Source of the DNA: Sedimentisphaerales bacterium
GTDB taxonomy: Bacteria > Planctomycetota > Phycisphaerae > Sedimentisphaerales > SM23-30
Assembly (NCBI GenBank): GCA_963666285.1
Contig: OY762711.1
Length of the DNA: 64,000 bases
Reading direction: 5' to 3' (one strand)
Part shown: positions 63,325 through 64,000 of the stretch, piece by piece
How positions within the stretch are numbered: position 1 is the stretch's first letter
Layout: each line of letters begins with the position of its first letter
Position numbers and translations under genes: made by a program
The notes under the pieces: model-generated
Told to the model about the DNA's origin: nothing
The model's input: the letters and a program-made list of their open reading frames with translations, nothing else
The model's database searches: none

Positions 63325-63675
63325 TTAAATGAAATGAGAAAGAGGGGGAGAACGAGATCTGGCTATACACAGTGTCTGGCTCTCGTAAGCATTGAATGCT
63401 TCAGTTGTTGTTCCGATGATAATTTCAGTAAATGAAATACTAAAGGATGGCTCGGTAATAATTTTGCCGTAGCAATACAGATGGTGCTGACAAATAGGGC
63501 ATTTGTCTGGATCATGTTTGCTGTTGGAATTGTGGTCGCCGCTGTCAGTGTGTTCATTTTGGCAGTAGCTGGATTGATTGCATGGCAAATGCATGTAGTA
63601 AATAACATTTACCGATGAAAGGGTAAATGCTGCTAAGGTTATAAAAACCAATAGTTTACTACCAATTCTTTTCAT
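63325..63675 (-). CDS. DUF2946-like Cys/His-rich small protein with C-terminal RSPP (putative leader/arrest peptide)
   Basis: N-terminal hydrophobic segment, His-rich linker, HDPDKCPIC, ARSRSPP five residues before the stop. Confidence 0.7.
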   Translation of the reverse strand: MKRIGSKLLVFITLAAFTLSSVNVIYYMHLPCNQSSYCQNEHTDSGDHNSNSKHDPDKCPICQHHLYCYGKIITEPSFSISFTEIIIGTTTEAFNAYESQTLCIARSRSPPLSHFI

Positions 63676-63846
63676 TAACTCAAAAAGTCCTTCTATTTAG
63701 CCTGTTTATTGACGCTAATATTATATACCTCAATTATATTATAGTACTAATAAATTAAAAGCAAAGTTTGATTTATTTTAAAGAACCGCTAATATATATT
63801 AAGAATATACTGATATATAGAAGCTATAATATTGTAGTTGCTTGCT

Positions 63847-64000
63847 ATGAAAAGATTTAACGTACAATTTGTATTACCTTTTCTGATTATAACAGTTTTG
63901 CTGATTAATCAGGGATTAGTTGTGTGCATTTGCCAGGCAGGACACATAAAAGTTCAGCCTGTAGTACATAGCAGTTGCCATTGTGAACATGAACATAGTG
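63847..64000 (+). CDS. Cys/His-rich small membrane/secreted protein, truncated by the window end (not in ORF track)
   Basis: MKRFNVQFVLPFLIITVLLINQGLVVCICQAGHIKVQPVVHSSCHCEHEHS... Confidence 0.55.
   Translation, partial: MKRFNVQFVLPFLIITVLLINQGLVVCICQAGHIKVQPVVHSSCHCEHEHS

Noticed and set aside
2502..63608. Many 60-226 aa ORFs antisense to or nested in long genes
   Set aside because: Shadow ORFs of well-supported CDSs with no independent motifs
1..64000. CRISPR array, rRNA, IS transposase, reverse transcriptase, prophage genes
   Set aside because: No regularly spaced repeat-spacer units or diagnostic protein motifs seen

Overview
Gene-dense bacterial chromosomal window. Gene content points to Planctomycetota, probably Phycisphaerae/Sedimentisphaerales-like (inference): a DUF1559-type prepilin protein, an ECF sigma-FecR pair, a PEP-CTERM protein, SpoVG with a zinc ribbon, and many secreted proteins with a dockerin-like 'D-x-x-GD-x-x-V-D-x-x-D...WL' module. 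It holds secreted GLUG/LamG/FGE-fold proteins; carbohydrate genes (GH106-like, GH78, sugar isomerase, AraC, SSS symporter, sulfatase, beta-helix protein); housekeeping genes (ispE, spoVG, hom, an oligopeptide ABC ATPase); a partial chemotaxis cluster (CheD-REC fusion, cheB, cheV) plus an MCP; and a TetR-RND efflux operon. I found no rRNA, tRNA, CRISPR array, transposase or reverse transcriptase. The strongest lead is at the right end: a Cys/His-rich DUF2946-like leader ORF ending in an RSPP arrest-like motif, then a structured spacer, a pilin-like gene, and two His-motif TIGR03769-like surface proteins with different C-terminal anchors. This looks like a metal-responsive, ribosome-stalling-controlled surface system. 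Other leads are two ~160-170 nt intergenic long hairpins (ncRNA candidates), a missed 54-aa zinc-ribbon gene, and REP-like elements translated in-frame inside a gene. All family calls come from reading motifs by eye; no database searches were run.
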